Assembly (NCBI GenBank): GCA_029259285.1 | Contig: JAPDJB010000052.1 | Span: 1-36,528 of the forward strand | Reading direction: 5' to 3' | Source of the DNA: Candidatus Bathyarchaeota archaeon | GTDB taxonomy: Archaea > Thermoproteota > Bathyarchaeia > TCS64 > B23 | DNA: 36,528 nt | Position numbers and translations under genes: made by a program | In this document: piece after piece, positions 18,928 to 27,503 of the stretch | How the letters are laid out: each line of letters begins with the position of its first letter | Position numbering within the stretch: position 1 is the stretch's first letter | Notes under the pieces: generated by a model | Told to the model about the DNA's origin: nothing | The model's input: the letters and a program-made list of their open reading frames with translations, nothing else | Database searches by the model: none

Positions 18928-19555
18928 CCTTCAGCCACTCCAATAATTGTTTTGCCTCAGGTCTATCAAGCCAGTCGACGACTCCAATTCGTGGAGGGCG
19001 CACCCCCCTTAAAACCTCATAGATCTCCTCCACGATCTCCTGTGGAGTCTTATCAGTTGTGTCCACTTCATGGATCCTCTCAGATCCATGGATCTCTATA
19101 GCCTCCGATAGGCAGACGTCTAGGAGTTCAGCCTCCACATTCTCCCTCACCTTCCCCGCATCGTATCCCCTCTCCTCCAGCTCATCCCTAAGTCTCCAGG
19201 GCGCCCTCCTGAGGACGAAGATCCAGGAACCCTTAGGGGCTATGTCGTGGGCGTAGTGGCCCTCGATGATCAGCCTCCCATATCTACTCAGAAGTCTCTC
19301 CACCCTCCTCTTCACGGCCTCGATATCCACGATGGCCGTGTCACGTTCCCCATTCCACTCCTCCATCAATCCCTCCTCGAGGGCCAGCCTGGAGAGATCG
19401 AGGTGGCGAGCTTCAAGCCTCTCGGCCAGAAGACGGCTGATGGTCGTCTTCCCCACACCTGGCGAGCCGGTGATGGCTATGATCAGCTTCCCCTTCCTCT
19501 CCACATAATCACTAGAGATCGGGGATTTAGGAGACCCAAACATTAATCCCTCCAT
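18911..19555 (-). CDS. Adenylate kinase, AK6/Fap7 (hCINAP)-type
   Basis: Walker A GSPGVGKT, IIEGH, and RGYxxxKVRENVEAE. The start is probably downstream (GTG 19504). Confidence 0.88.
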   Translation of the reverse strand: MEGLMFGSPKSPISSDYVERKGKLIIAITGSPGVGKTTISRLLAERLEARHLDLSRLALEEGLMEEWNGERDTAIVDIEAVKRRVERLLSRYGRLIIEGHYAHDIAPKGSWIFVLRRAPWRLRDELEERGYDAGKVRENVEAELLDVCLSEAIEIHGSERIHEVDTTDKTPQEIVEEIYEVLRGVRPPRIGVVDWLDRPEAKQLLEWLKDVSHR

Positions 19556-19609
19556 TTAAATCCCTCTCAAAACCTTTTAAGAGATTCCAGGGAAACGCTA
19601 CATGCCGTA

Positions 19610-19933
19610 AGATACTCGATTAGATTGATGAGGGGACTATTCCTCACCCATGAAGCTCCTACTTATAGCCGCCGCGGGATGTACGGCCATAGATGTCTCC
19701 CGTCTATTAGGTTGGATGAAGCAGAGCGTTGAGGGGTTGGAGGTGGAGATCGAGGTGAGGGGAGGAATCATCCTCGGATCTATAGGCGCATGGAGATCGT
19801 CTATAGGGTTAGAGGGACGTAGACCCTGATCGGGTTAGGAGGGCGGTGGAGCTTAGCCTTGAGAAGTATCGTGGCACCTCGATGACTCAGAGCTGGTGCG
19901 GAGGTAGATTATAGAATCAAGGTGGAACCCTAG
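19610..19933 (+). pseudogene. OsmC/YhfA-family pseudogene (frameshifted, N-terminus eroded)
   Basis: Fragments in shifting frames: SPMKLLLIAAAGCTAIDVSRLLGWMKQSVEGLEVEIE / NHPRIYRRMEIVYRVRG / DVDPDRVRRAVELSLEKY(R)GTSMT / RAGAEVDYRIKVEP-stop. The second Cys codon reads CGT. The 5' boundary is approximate. Confidence 0.82.
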
Positions 19934-19935
19934 GG

Positions 19936-20790
19936 TTAGGGTGTGATGTACTCTATCCTTATCTGGAGTTCTCGGGAGACCTCTATTCCATAACGCTCCT
20001 CTAGTGTGGTGATCCCCCGATTCTCTAAGAGACCCCCCACCAATCCAGGTAGATCGCTGGATATTATCGCATAGGTCTCCCTCACCCTCTCCTCAATGGT
20101 TAGCTCTGGGTGGGCCTCAGCTATATGCCTGTAGGTTTGATAGGTCTTGTTCATGACGTAGACCTGAAAGGCATTCTCCAGCAGCTCCCTTATCAAGCTG
20201 TGCCCCCTATGCCTCGGGTATAGCCAGGGGTAACGTTGACTCTCATTCTCCTCGACCCTATAGGCCTGGATGAAGCGGTCTATGTCGACGATTCTATATC
20301 GACCATCGACGATGATGATGGGTATTTCCAATCCCTCATAGGGGTTTTCGCCGCTTAATAGGTCCCTGATATAGTTGTAGAGGCTGAAGGTTTTGAAGCC
20401 GTCCCTCGTCAATAGAGACCAGTATAGGAGTCTCCCCTCCTCATCCGTCGCTAAGGGGAGTATGACGGTGGTTCGCAGCTCATAACTCTGGGTTCCCATT
20501 CTAAACTTATAGTGCGTGTGGAGGGGCTTAGGTAGATGCCAATATAATCTTCCCATGGGCGTGGAGAGGAGGGGCCTATCCTCAAAGCATAGGGTCTTCA
20601 CGCCGCTCTCAGGTAGATCCCCATAGATTAGGAGGATGAGATCATTCAGCCCCTTAATCTTTCTCAGATCATAGGTGAGTATCACCGCCACCTCGCCTCT
20701 ACCGAGGAGTATGAAGCCTGTGAGGGCGTAGACGCCTAGTAGTAGAAGGAGGCCGGCGGCTATTCCCCTAGCCCCCCTCAATCCCTTCAC
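19936..20790 (-). CDS. Membrane-anchored protein with a divergent SPFH/Band-7 (HflK/HflC-like) domain, lacking the coiled-coil tail
   Basis: N-terminal TM, then GEVAVIL, GRLYWHLPKP, LLTRDG, GRYRIVD and ERYGIEV...IRI, in the order expected for SPFH motifs. GTG start overlaps the upstream stop (GTGA). Confidence 0.6.
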   Translation of the reverse strand: MKGLRGARGIAAGLLLLLGVYALTGFILLGRGEVAVILTYDLRKIKGLNDLILLIYGDLPESGVKTLCFEDRPLLSTPMGRLYWHLPKPLHTHYKFRMGTQSYELRTTVILPLATDEEGRLLYWSLLTRDGFKTFSLYNYIRDLLSGENPYEGLEIPIIIVDGRYRIVDIDRFIQAYRVEENESQRYPWLYPRHRGHSLIRELLENAFQVYVMNKTYQTYRHIAEAHPELTIEERVRETYAIISSDLPGLVGGLLENRGITTLEERYGIEVSRELQIRIEYITP

Positions 20791-21623
20791 CTCCAGCTCT
20801 TCAGCTCCCTCAGCCAGCGGTTGAGGGCCTTATCCCTCCCCAGTACGCGTCTCTCCCTGCTCAATCTGTAGAAAGAGGTTTTAAGCCTGTGATAATAGTC
20901 GACGAGGGCTTCCAGGCCGTAATAACTAGCCTGCGCCTGCATCTCAGCGAGTCTCCTAATCAGTCTCCTACAGGCCTTAACCCTAGCCTCTATAGCCGGT
21001 GAATGGAGGTCTATGAGGCTTTTTCTCGCCTCCTCCACCAATCCCTGGATACTCTCCCTGAAGTCCTCAAGCTCAGGGCTATCCCTCATCTCAGCCTTCT
21101 GCTCCATAAGTTCCCTAAGCCACTCGGCGATCTCCCCCTCTCTTCCCGCTTCTCGAGCCATGTATTGATGCGTTATGATGAGGGTGAGGATCAGGGGTGA
21201 TAGGCCTAGGATGAAGCCGAGGGCTGTGGCGAAGGGGATGGCGACGGGGTCCAGGACGGTCTCTACAAGCTCACTCGTCAGGAAGAGGTATCTACTTAGA
21301 TGATATGCCAGAGGTATGAAGGCTAACTTGAAGAGGGGTTCGAAGGCGTAGACGCTTACTGCTGCTCCGCAGAATCTAAGGAACCACGCCCAATCCATAC
21401 GTTTACCAGCCCTCTCCCCATATCTCCTCCAAAGTTTCTCCTCGAATCTCCTAAGTATATCATCTCCACCTCTTCTAGGCGTGTATAGGATGCGTCTTAC
21501 GGTTCCCCCGCCCTTATACTCTTCAAAGGCTCTCCATAGTTGATGCCGGCTGTAGCCTATGGTCTCCCCCTCATCTAGGGGGTCTTCTATGAGGTAGTAG
21601 TGGATCTCGCCGCTAGTCTCCAT
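20787..21623 (-). CDS. Uncharacterised membrane protein (about 2 TM), paralog of neighbouring genes
   Basis: Central hydrophobic region; C-terminal ASYYGLEALVDYY motif; coupled overlaps on both sides. Confidence 0.75.
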   Translation of the reverse strand: METSGEIHYYLIEDPLDEGETIGYSRHQLWRAFEEYKGGGTVRRILYTPRRGGDDILRRFEEKLWRRYGERAGKRMDWAWFLRFCGAAVSVYAFEPLFKLAFIPLAYHLSRYLFLTSELVETVLDPVAIPFATALGFILGLSPLILTLIITHQYMAREAGREGEIAEWLRELMEQKAEMRDSPELEDFRESIQGLVEEARKSLIDLHSPAIEARVKACRRLIRRLAEMQAQASYYGLEALVDYYHRLKTSFYRLSRERRVLGRDKALNRWLRELKSWR

Positions 21624-23520
21624 CCTTGATCCCCAGTATTTTTAATATGCCTCCCTCGACGAAGGCGAGGGCTTCCCCAACTCTCTCATCGATTGGGTTT
21701 TGGAAGGTCTCGGTGGTATAGCTAAGTGTTCCAAATCTATGATGGAGCCATGCTGGACACACCCTTATATCGAGCTTGAAGAGTAGCGGCCCATCTATGG
21801 TTCGGCCTACATCGATGGAGATGAGTTGTGGAGGCCAATCCGGCGATGGCTTATCCAGGAGCTTCTGATACTCCCCTCTATAGACCTTAAAGCCCTTCTC
21901 AGCGACGTGCCTCATCATTGCCTCCCCGATCTCGAATTCGGGGATCTCCGCCATCAGGGTTCGGACATACTCTAGGCCCAATAGTCTCCTCAGTATCCTC
22001 CTCTTGGAGAGGTATCTGGCCAGTCTATTCTCGGGGCGTTTCATCATATTCTCCAATCGGTCTCGGATCTCTGGGGGGATGTAGAAGTTCTCTATGGAGA
22101 GGATTCCCGCCCCCTTATAGATGAGGTCAGCCATCTTCCCTATGGTCTCATGGAGGTCGACGGCGAAGGTTGGCCTAAACTCCTCAAGGTACTCCTGGAG
22201 TGCAGTTATCCTGGGCGACTTGACGTTGTCGCCCCAAACCACATTAGGGTCTCTAAATCTGACGGCATATTCCAATAGCTGAGCTGGGTGTAGGCTCCCC
22301 CTATTCAGTAGTCTCAGTGCTAGGAGCTCCGCCTCGCCCTGTAGGCTATAGGGGCCTCCCTGTGGGGGCCAGTGTTCCTCTCTCCCAGCCATGTCGACTC
22401 CCATCCATGCTCTCATGCTGTATCCCTCTGGGTCGTCGACGGGCATGAATGCGATCCGGCTTCTGCTGAGAACCTCTTCGGTGTATCTCCCCTCCTTCTC
22501 AAGGCTTCTCATCATCTGCAGTATCGCCAGCGGCCCTGCGGGCTCCCTCCCATGGCATCCGGCCTTTATGAGGATTCGGGCCTCACCGCCGTCGCCGATC
22601 TCATAGGCGTTTATCTCATACCCCCTCTCCGTCTCATAGACGGTGATCTTCTCAGCCCCTATCCGCTCGGCTGCCAGCTCCAGCTCCCTGTGTAGCTCCC
22701 GATAGGTGGAGAGGCGATATAGGTATTTGGCTCCTATATTGAAGTCGAAGAGTTCCATCTCCTCGTCTTTCATCCTTGAGGGCTTGGTGGCTGCTCTATG
22801 TCGCCGCTTGAAACTCTCGATGCTCCATCCCTCATCGTATAGGGGGAATCCCAGGTGGGGTTCTCGGTATCTCCACTCGGTGATGGGGGCGCTGTAGCAG
22901 TAGAACTCCTTAAGCTCTGGAAGCCCCATCTTGTCGCAGGTGTGGAGGGCTTCTACGTAGGCCTCGGTCTTATCCTTAGCCCTCTCCATGATCTCCTTGA
23001 GCTTCCTCAACCCTGGATGCTCTACGCATTCAATCCTCTCCAAGCCCTTCAGGGTCTTCTCTATCCCACTTTCAACCTCCTCGTAGTAGTCTCTGATCTC
23101 CTTGACGATCCTCTTGACGAGGAGGTGGTTTCCCATGAGGAGGTATAGGCCGATGAGGAGGTCTGCTGCCCCTCCGCTGAGGTATCCCCTGATGAGGCCG
23201 CTGGCAAGGAAGGTTGGGCCGAGGAAGAGTCTCAGCCATAACGGGTCGAGGAGGCTGAGGTAGTAGCTTAGAAGCCTCTTCAAAACCTCGCTTATGAGCT
23301 TCTTATCCCTGTAGAAGGTGTCGAGAAGTCCTTCCTTCACCTGTTTCTCGATGTTCTCAGCCTTCCCATCCGCCGTTAGGAGTTGGATCGTCAATCTCTC
23401 CTTCCTCTCCTCCAGCTCCGTGTACATCCCCTCGGCCTCTAGGAACCAGAAGGGGTGTAGGTCTATGTAGAATAGGTCTGGCTCATCCTTCCTGGGAACC
23501 CTGTAGACTAGCCACTTCAT
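21613..23520 (-). CDS. Two-TM membrane domain fused to an M14 zinc carboxypeptidase/deacylase-fold domain
   Basis: HGRE (HxxE), PVDDPEG, DPN, VDLHE and TTETF motifs. N-terminal TM hairpin with CDKMGLPELKEFY motif. Confidence 0.8.
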   Translation of the reverse strand: MKWLVYRVPRKDEPDLFYIDLHPFWFLEAEGMYTELEERKERLTIQLLTADGKAENIEKQVKEGLLDTFYRDKKLISEVLKRLLSYYLSLLDPLWLRLFLGPTFLASGLIRGYLSGGAADLLIGLYLLMGNHLLVKRIVKEIRDYYEEVESGIEKTLKGLERIECVEHPGLRKLKEIMERAKDKTEAYVEALHTCDKMGLPELKEFYCYSAPITEWRYREPHLGFPLYDEGWSIESFKRRHRAATKPSRMKDEEMELFDFNIGAKYLYRLSTYRELHRELELAAERIGAEKITVYETERGYEINAYEIGDGGEARILIKAGCHGREPAGPLAILQMMRSLEKEGRYTEEVLSRSRIAFMPVDDPEGYSMRAWMGVDMAGREEHWPPQGGPYSLQGEAELLALRLLNRGSLHPAQLLEYAVRFRDPNVVWGDNVKSPRITALQEYLEEFRPTFAVDLHETIGKMADLIYKGAGILSIENFYIPPEIRDRLENMMKRPENRLARYLSKRRILRRLLGLEYVRTLMAEIPEFEIGEAMMRHVAEKGFKVYRGEYQKLLDKPSPDWPPQLISIDVGRTIDGPLLFKLDIRVCPAWLHHRFGTLSYTTETFQNPIDERVGEALAFVEGGILKILGIKDGD

Positions 23521-24308
23521 GCTCCCACATCCATATTCCTCATGGGAGCCGTTATCCTGGGCACCTCAACCTTGAAGCCTAGATAGTAGAGCTTGATCCT
23601 CCTCCATAGGCTGGCTGGATTATACTTGGTGTAGAAGCTCTCCTCTTCTCGTAGCTCCCTGATCAGCCAGTCGTAGAACCTCACGGCGGCTTGGAATCCC
23701 AGGTTTCTCGCGTAGTCCCTCAACCTCCCGTATAGGTTGATCTCCCCTCCATCGATCTCCGAGAAACGTTCCCGCATCATCTCCACGAGTCTTAACTTGC
23801 CCTTGTCCTCCCCCTCAACCACCTCGCATCCCTTAAGCCTCTTGATGGCTCTGTGAACTCCCCGCTCTATGGAGCCGTCTAGCAGCCATCGATATAGGGG
23901 CCTGAAGCAGTGGCCGAAGATTAGGATGTGGAAGAAGAATACGTCGACGCAGACGGCGTAGATATTGTAGGGGTAGGGTAGGAAGAGATATGAGGAGATC
24001 GCCACGAAGGTGGCGATGGAGTAGGCGATAATCCCCATCAACCTCCAGTATCGATATATCCTCCTATTCTTCTCCACATCTGCGAAGTATCTTGAGAAGG
24101 CGTTGTCGAAGGCTCTGGCGATCCTCTCCAACTCTCCTCGACTTAACCTCTCTGGAGAGTAACAATGTATTCTAACTTTATGTTCCACCCCTCCACATCT
24201 CATTATATGTTTATCTATTTCTAAGTCAACATAAGCAGTATAATTTAATCCACCACTAATTCTGCCCAATGTTGGTAGAACATAGGCGTCGACATCGATT
24301 ATCTTCAT
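23517..24308 (-). CDS. Uncharacterised two-TM membrane protein, first gene of the operon
   Basis: Two hydrophobic helices (about aa 89-133); ARNLGFQAAVRFY motif; ATGA overlap with the next gene. Confidence 0.75.
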   Translation of the reverse strand: MKIIDVDAYVLPTLGRISGGLNYTAYVDLEIDKHIMRCGGVEHKVRIHCYSPERLSRGELERIARAFDNAFSRYFADVEKNRRIYRYWRLMGIIAYSIATFVAISSYLFLPYPYNIYAVCVDVFFFHILIFGHCFRPLYRWLLDGSIERGVHRAIKRLKGCEVVEGEDKGKLRLVEMMRERFSEIDGGEINLYGRLRDYARNLGFQAAVRFYDWLIRELREEESFYTKYNPASLWRRIKLYYLGFKVEVPRITAPMRNMDVGA

Positions 24309-24335
24309 TTCCTAATCTCTATTGATTTCACTCGA

Positions 24336-24348
24336 TATTTATCTTTTT
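24336..24348 (-). promoter_or_regulatory. BRE/TATA-like promoter of the four-gene membrane operon
   Basis: Minus strand AAAAAG-ATAAATA, about 28 nt upstream of ATG 24308. Confidence 0.5.
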
Positions 24349-24419
24349 AGAGCTAGTTGTCTATGATGATAAAAGATGCCATAAGGCTTAATTCCCACCT
24401 AATAGAAATTCATCAGACC

Positions 24420-24968
24420 ATGCTAGACCCCATCGCCGTCTTCCTCCTCGCCGTGGGCCTGGCGATGGACTCCATCTCTGTGGCCATAGCCGTGGGGTTG
24501 AAGCTGGGTGATAGGCTGCTCCAGGCCTCGAGGCTCTCGATGGCCTTCGGCTTATCCCATATCGCCATGCCGATGCTGGGCTGGTGGCTTGGCCTATCCA
24601 TCATAGACCTCATCTCAGCCTATGATCATTGGGTGGCTTTCCTACTGTTAACCCTCATAGGGTTGACGATGATCCTCAGGGAGGAGCAGATGGAGCCGCA
24701 GCTTTTAGGCCTCTTAAACCTCTTAGCCCTATCCATCGCGACGAGTATAGACGCCATAGCGGCGGGCATCACCCTATATCTGGAACAGGTTCCGATCATC
24801 CCCTCAACCCTCCTAATAGGGGTGGTGGTGGCCCTCCTCACCTTTACCGCGGCCCTCGCAAGTGGAAGGATCAGTCGGGGTCTGGGGAGGTGGACTAGGA
24901 TCGTCGGCGGCTTCATCTTAATCTCCGTTGGTTTGAGGATACTTATGATTCATATTTTAACTTCATGA
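24420..24968 (+). CDS. mntP: Manganese efflux pump MntP family
   Basis: LAVGLAMDSISVA and ALSIATSIDAIAAG repeats, 6 TM. ATG 24420 is preferred over the ORF start at 24357. Confidence 0.9.
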   Translation: MLDPIAVFLLAVGLAMDSISVAIAVGLKLGDRLLQASRLSMAFGLSHIAMPMLGWWLGLSIIDLISAYDHWVAFLLLTLIGLTMILREEQMEPQLLGLLNLLALSIATSIDAIAAGITLYLEQVPIIPSTLLIGVVVALLTFTAALASGRISRGLGRWTRIVGGFILISVGLRILMIHILTS

Positions 24969-25012
24969 TGTAATCATCTTTATTCGGGAAATGTATTAGA
25001 GGTGAATTTCAG

Positions 25013-25033
25013 TTAAATATGGTTGTATATACA
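25013..25033 (+). promoter_or_regulatory. TATA-like box (TTAAATAT) followed by perfect palindrome TGTATATACA
   Basis: TTAAATAT at 25013-25020 and a 10-bp palindrome at 25024-25033, upstream of the wHTH gene. Confidence 0.45.
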
Positions 25034-25054
25034 TACATCAAGTCGGTGTGTTGA

Positions 25055-25330
25055 ATGTCCAAGAGGAGATCCATGCTTGACATAGTGTTAGATGTCCTCT
25101 CCGTGGTTAGGGATGGGGTTGATAAGCCGACTAGGATTATGTATGCCGCAAACCTCTCTTGGAGGCCGACGCAGAGGATTCTAAAGATGATGGTTGAGAG
25201 AGGTCTCCTCAAGGTGGTTGAGACGGAGGGGGATGGGAGGACTAAGAGGAGATACCTCATCACCGAGAGAGGGCTCAACGTATTGGAATACTTCGAGAGG
25301 GCTAAGGAGCTCCTGGATCTCCCAGTTTAG
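25055..25330 (+). CDS. Winged-helix transcriptional regulator (archaeal HTH_45-like)
   Basis: RRSxLDIxxDVL...PTRIMYAANLSW...YxITERG. Confidence 0.85.
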   Translation: MSKRRSMLDIVLDVLSVVRDGVDKPTRIMYAANLSWRPTQRILKMMVERGLLKVVETEGDGRTKRRYLITERGLNVLEYFERAKELLDLPV

Positions 25331-25350
25331 CCCCATCCCTCGAGGAGGAG

Positions 25351-25388
25351 GCGGAGGGGAGGGCAACGTTAATAAGCCCTCTCTCCGC
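25351..25388. other. Inverted repeat/hairpin enclosing the AT-rich putative TATA of guaB
   Basis: GCGGAGGGGAGGGC - AACGTTAATAA - GCCCTCTCTCCGC. Confidence 0.6.
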
Positions 25389-25405
25389 ACATCGAATTAA
25401 AACCG

Positions 25406-26866
25406 GTGTTTAGGATGGGGTTTAGAGATAAGTTTAGGGATGCTGAACATGCCCTCACCTTCAACGACGTCCTCCTCCTCCCTGGCTGGACAACCGTTGA
25501 GCCCTCCGAGGTGGATGTTAGAACACATGTCACTAGAAATGTGATGCTCAACGTCCCCTTCGTCTCCTCCCCCATGGACACCGTCACCGAGAGCGATATG
25601 GCCATAGCCCTCGCCAGGCAGGGAGGCCTAGGGGTGCTACATCGAAACTGCTCCATCGAGGAGGAGGTGGAGATGGCGAGGAGGGTGAAGAGGGCTGAAT
25701 CTCTCATCATCAGGGACGTCATCACCGTCACGCCGGAGACGACGGTGGAGGATCTCCTACGGATGATGGAGCAGCATCGCATACATGGCTTCCCCGTCGT
25801 TGAGGATGACAACCGTCTTGTAGGCATCGTCACCTGGAGGGATGTCCGCCTCGCTGATCCACAGCTGAAGGTTAGAGATGTCATGACAAAGGATGTCATA
25901 ACAGCAACGGAGGACATAACCCTGGAGGAGGCGAAGAGGATTCTCCATAGGCATCGAATCGAGAAGCTCCCCATCGTCGATGGGGAGGGCCGGGTTAGGG
26001 GTCTCATAACCATGAGGGACATAACCCTTAAGGGGACATACCCAAACGCCGTGAGAGATGATCAGGGGAGGCTCATCTGCGCCGCCGCCATCTCCCCCTT
26101 CGACCTCCGAAGGGCGAAGGCCCTGGACAAGTATGTCGACATACTCGTCGTAGATGTCGCCCACTTCCACAACAAGAACTGCTTCGACGCTACGAGGAGA
26201 TTGCTGAAGGAGGTCTCGGCGGAGGTAATCGTCGGCAACATCGGAACCTACGAGGCGGCTGAGGACTGCATAACGAAGCTGGACGGCGTCGCTGGGCTGA
26301 GGGTTGGCATAGGAAGCGGCTCCATCTGCACCACCAGCATCGTCACCAGGGCTGGGTCTCCGACCCTCTACGCCGTCGCTCAGGCGGCGGACGCCGTTAG
26401 GGATTATGGGGCTGACATACCTGTGATGGCCGATGGAGGCATAAGGAATCCTGGAGATGTCGCCGTCGCCCTCGCTGTGGGGGCCAGCTGCGTGATGATG
26501 GGAAACGTCTTCGCAGGGTGCACCGAGAGTCCAGGCCGCCTCATCGCCCTCGAGGGCAGATACTATAAGGAGTATTACGGCATGGGGAGCGCAGCTGCGA
26601 GGAAGAAGCGCTACGCCTTAGACCGCTATTCACAGCCCTCTAAGACCATCACGGAGGGCGTTGAGGGTTGGGTTCCCTATAGGGGGCCGGTCTCGGAGAT
26701 CGTCGCCGAGTTCGTCGGAGGCCTGAAGGCTGCGATGGGCTACGTAGGCGCCAGAACCATACCTGAGATGTGGGAGAGGGCTCGGCTGGCCCTGGTGACG
26801 GAGAGGGGGGCCGATGAGCTGAAGCCCCACGACATCCTCCTACCAGGCTCCGAGAAGAGGCCCTGA
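25406..26866 (+). CDS. guaB: IMP dehydrogenase with CBS pair
   Basis: [19 protein letters not shown], catalytic [22 protein letters not shown] and EGVEG. The start may be ATG 25415. Confidence 0.96.
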   Translation: MFRMGFRDKFRDAEHALTFNDVLLLPGWTTVEPSEVDVRTHVTRNVMLNVPFVSSPMDTVTESDMAIALARQGGLGVLHRNCSIEEEVEMARRVKRAESLIIRDVITVTPETTVEDLLRMMEQHRIHGFPVVEDDNRLVGIVTWRDVRLADPQLKVRDVMTKDVITATEDITLEEAKRILHRHRIEKLPIVDGEGRVRGLITMRDITLKGTYPNAVRDDQGRLICAAAISPFDLRRAKALDKYVDILVVDVAHFHNKNCFDATRRLLKEVSAEVIVGNIGTYEAAEDCITKLDGVAGLRVGIGSGSICTTSIVTRAGSPTLYAVAQAADAVRDYGADIPVMADGGIRNPGDVAVALAVGASCVMMGNVFAGCTESPGRLIALEGRYYKEYYGMGSAAARKKRYALDRYSQPSKTITEGVEGWVPYRGPVSEIVAEFVGGLKAAMGYVGARTIPEMWERARLALVTERGADELKPHDILLPGSEKRP

Positions 26867-26903
26867 GTGAAGTTTTATCTCCTCCACCCATATCTTAGAT
26901 GAC

Positions 26904-27503
26904 ATGATTAGGCGAGCCCTCATCAGCGTCTATGATAAGGGCGGCCTCGAAATCCTCATCGACGCCCTGAGACGCTTAGACGTTGAGATCATAGCCTCCT
27001 CGGGGACTGCTAAGAGGATAAGGGAGCTCGGCTACGACAACATCATAGAGGTCTCAGCCTACACCGGCCACCCTGAAAGCCCTGGAGGCCTGTTGAAGAC
27101 GCTTCACCCAAGGATTCATGGAGGCATACTCCTCAACCCCCATGACCCGGAGCAGGGGGCCTATATGGAGCGGTATGGCATCGAGGCCTTCAACCTCGTC
27201 GTCGTCAATCTCTACCCCTTCGAGGAGGCCGCCTCGAGGGGGCTGGGTCCCAGGGAGGCCGCCGAGTTCATAGACATCGGAGGCCCAGCGATGATCAGGG
27301 CTGCGGCTAAGGCTTCACTGCTGCGGGATGACATCACCGTCGTCGTAGACCCCTCACAGTATGAAGCTGTCGCCGAGGCCTTGGATAGATATGGCCATAT
27401 ACCTGATGACTTGAGGAGGAGGCTTGCCCTGGAAGCCTTTAAGAGGACGGCCAAATATGATGAGGCGATAATACGCTACCTGGAGGCCTTGGGATGGGGA
27501 TGA
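26904..27503 (+). CDS. purH: IMP cyclohydrolase (stand-alone N-terminal MGS-like domain of PurH)
   Basis: ALISVYDK, SSGT, KTLHPRIHGGIL, VNLYPF, IDIGGPAMIRAAAK. Confidence 0.9.
   Translation: MIRRALISVYDKGGLEILIDALRRLDVEIIASSGTAKRIRELGYDNIIEVSAYTGHPESPGGLLKTLHPRIHGGILLNPHDPEQGAYMERYGIEAFNLVVVNLYPFEEAASRGLGPREAAEFIDIGGPAMIRAAAKASLLRDDITVVVDPSQYEAVAEALDRYGHIPDDLRRRLALEAFKRTAKYDEAIIRYLEALGWG

Noticed and set aside
24309-24419. yybP-ykoY riboswitch or DtxR/MntR box upstream of mntP
   Set aside because: The region is a short AT-rich divergent promoter with only weak imperfect palindromes and no recognisable riboswitch stems.
27494-27503. purH split as a sequencing frameshift or pseudogene
   Set aside because: The break is at the domain boundary with an ATGA overlap, and the second gene has its own N-terminal extension, which favours a genuine split.
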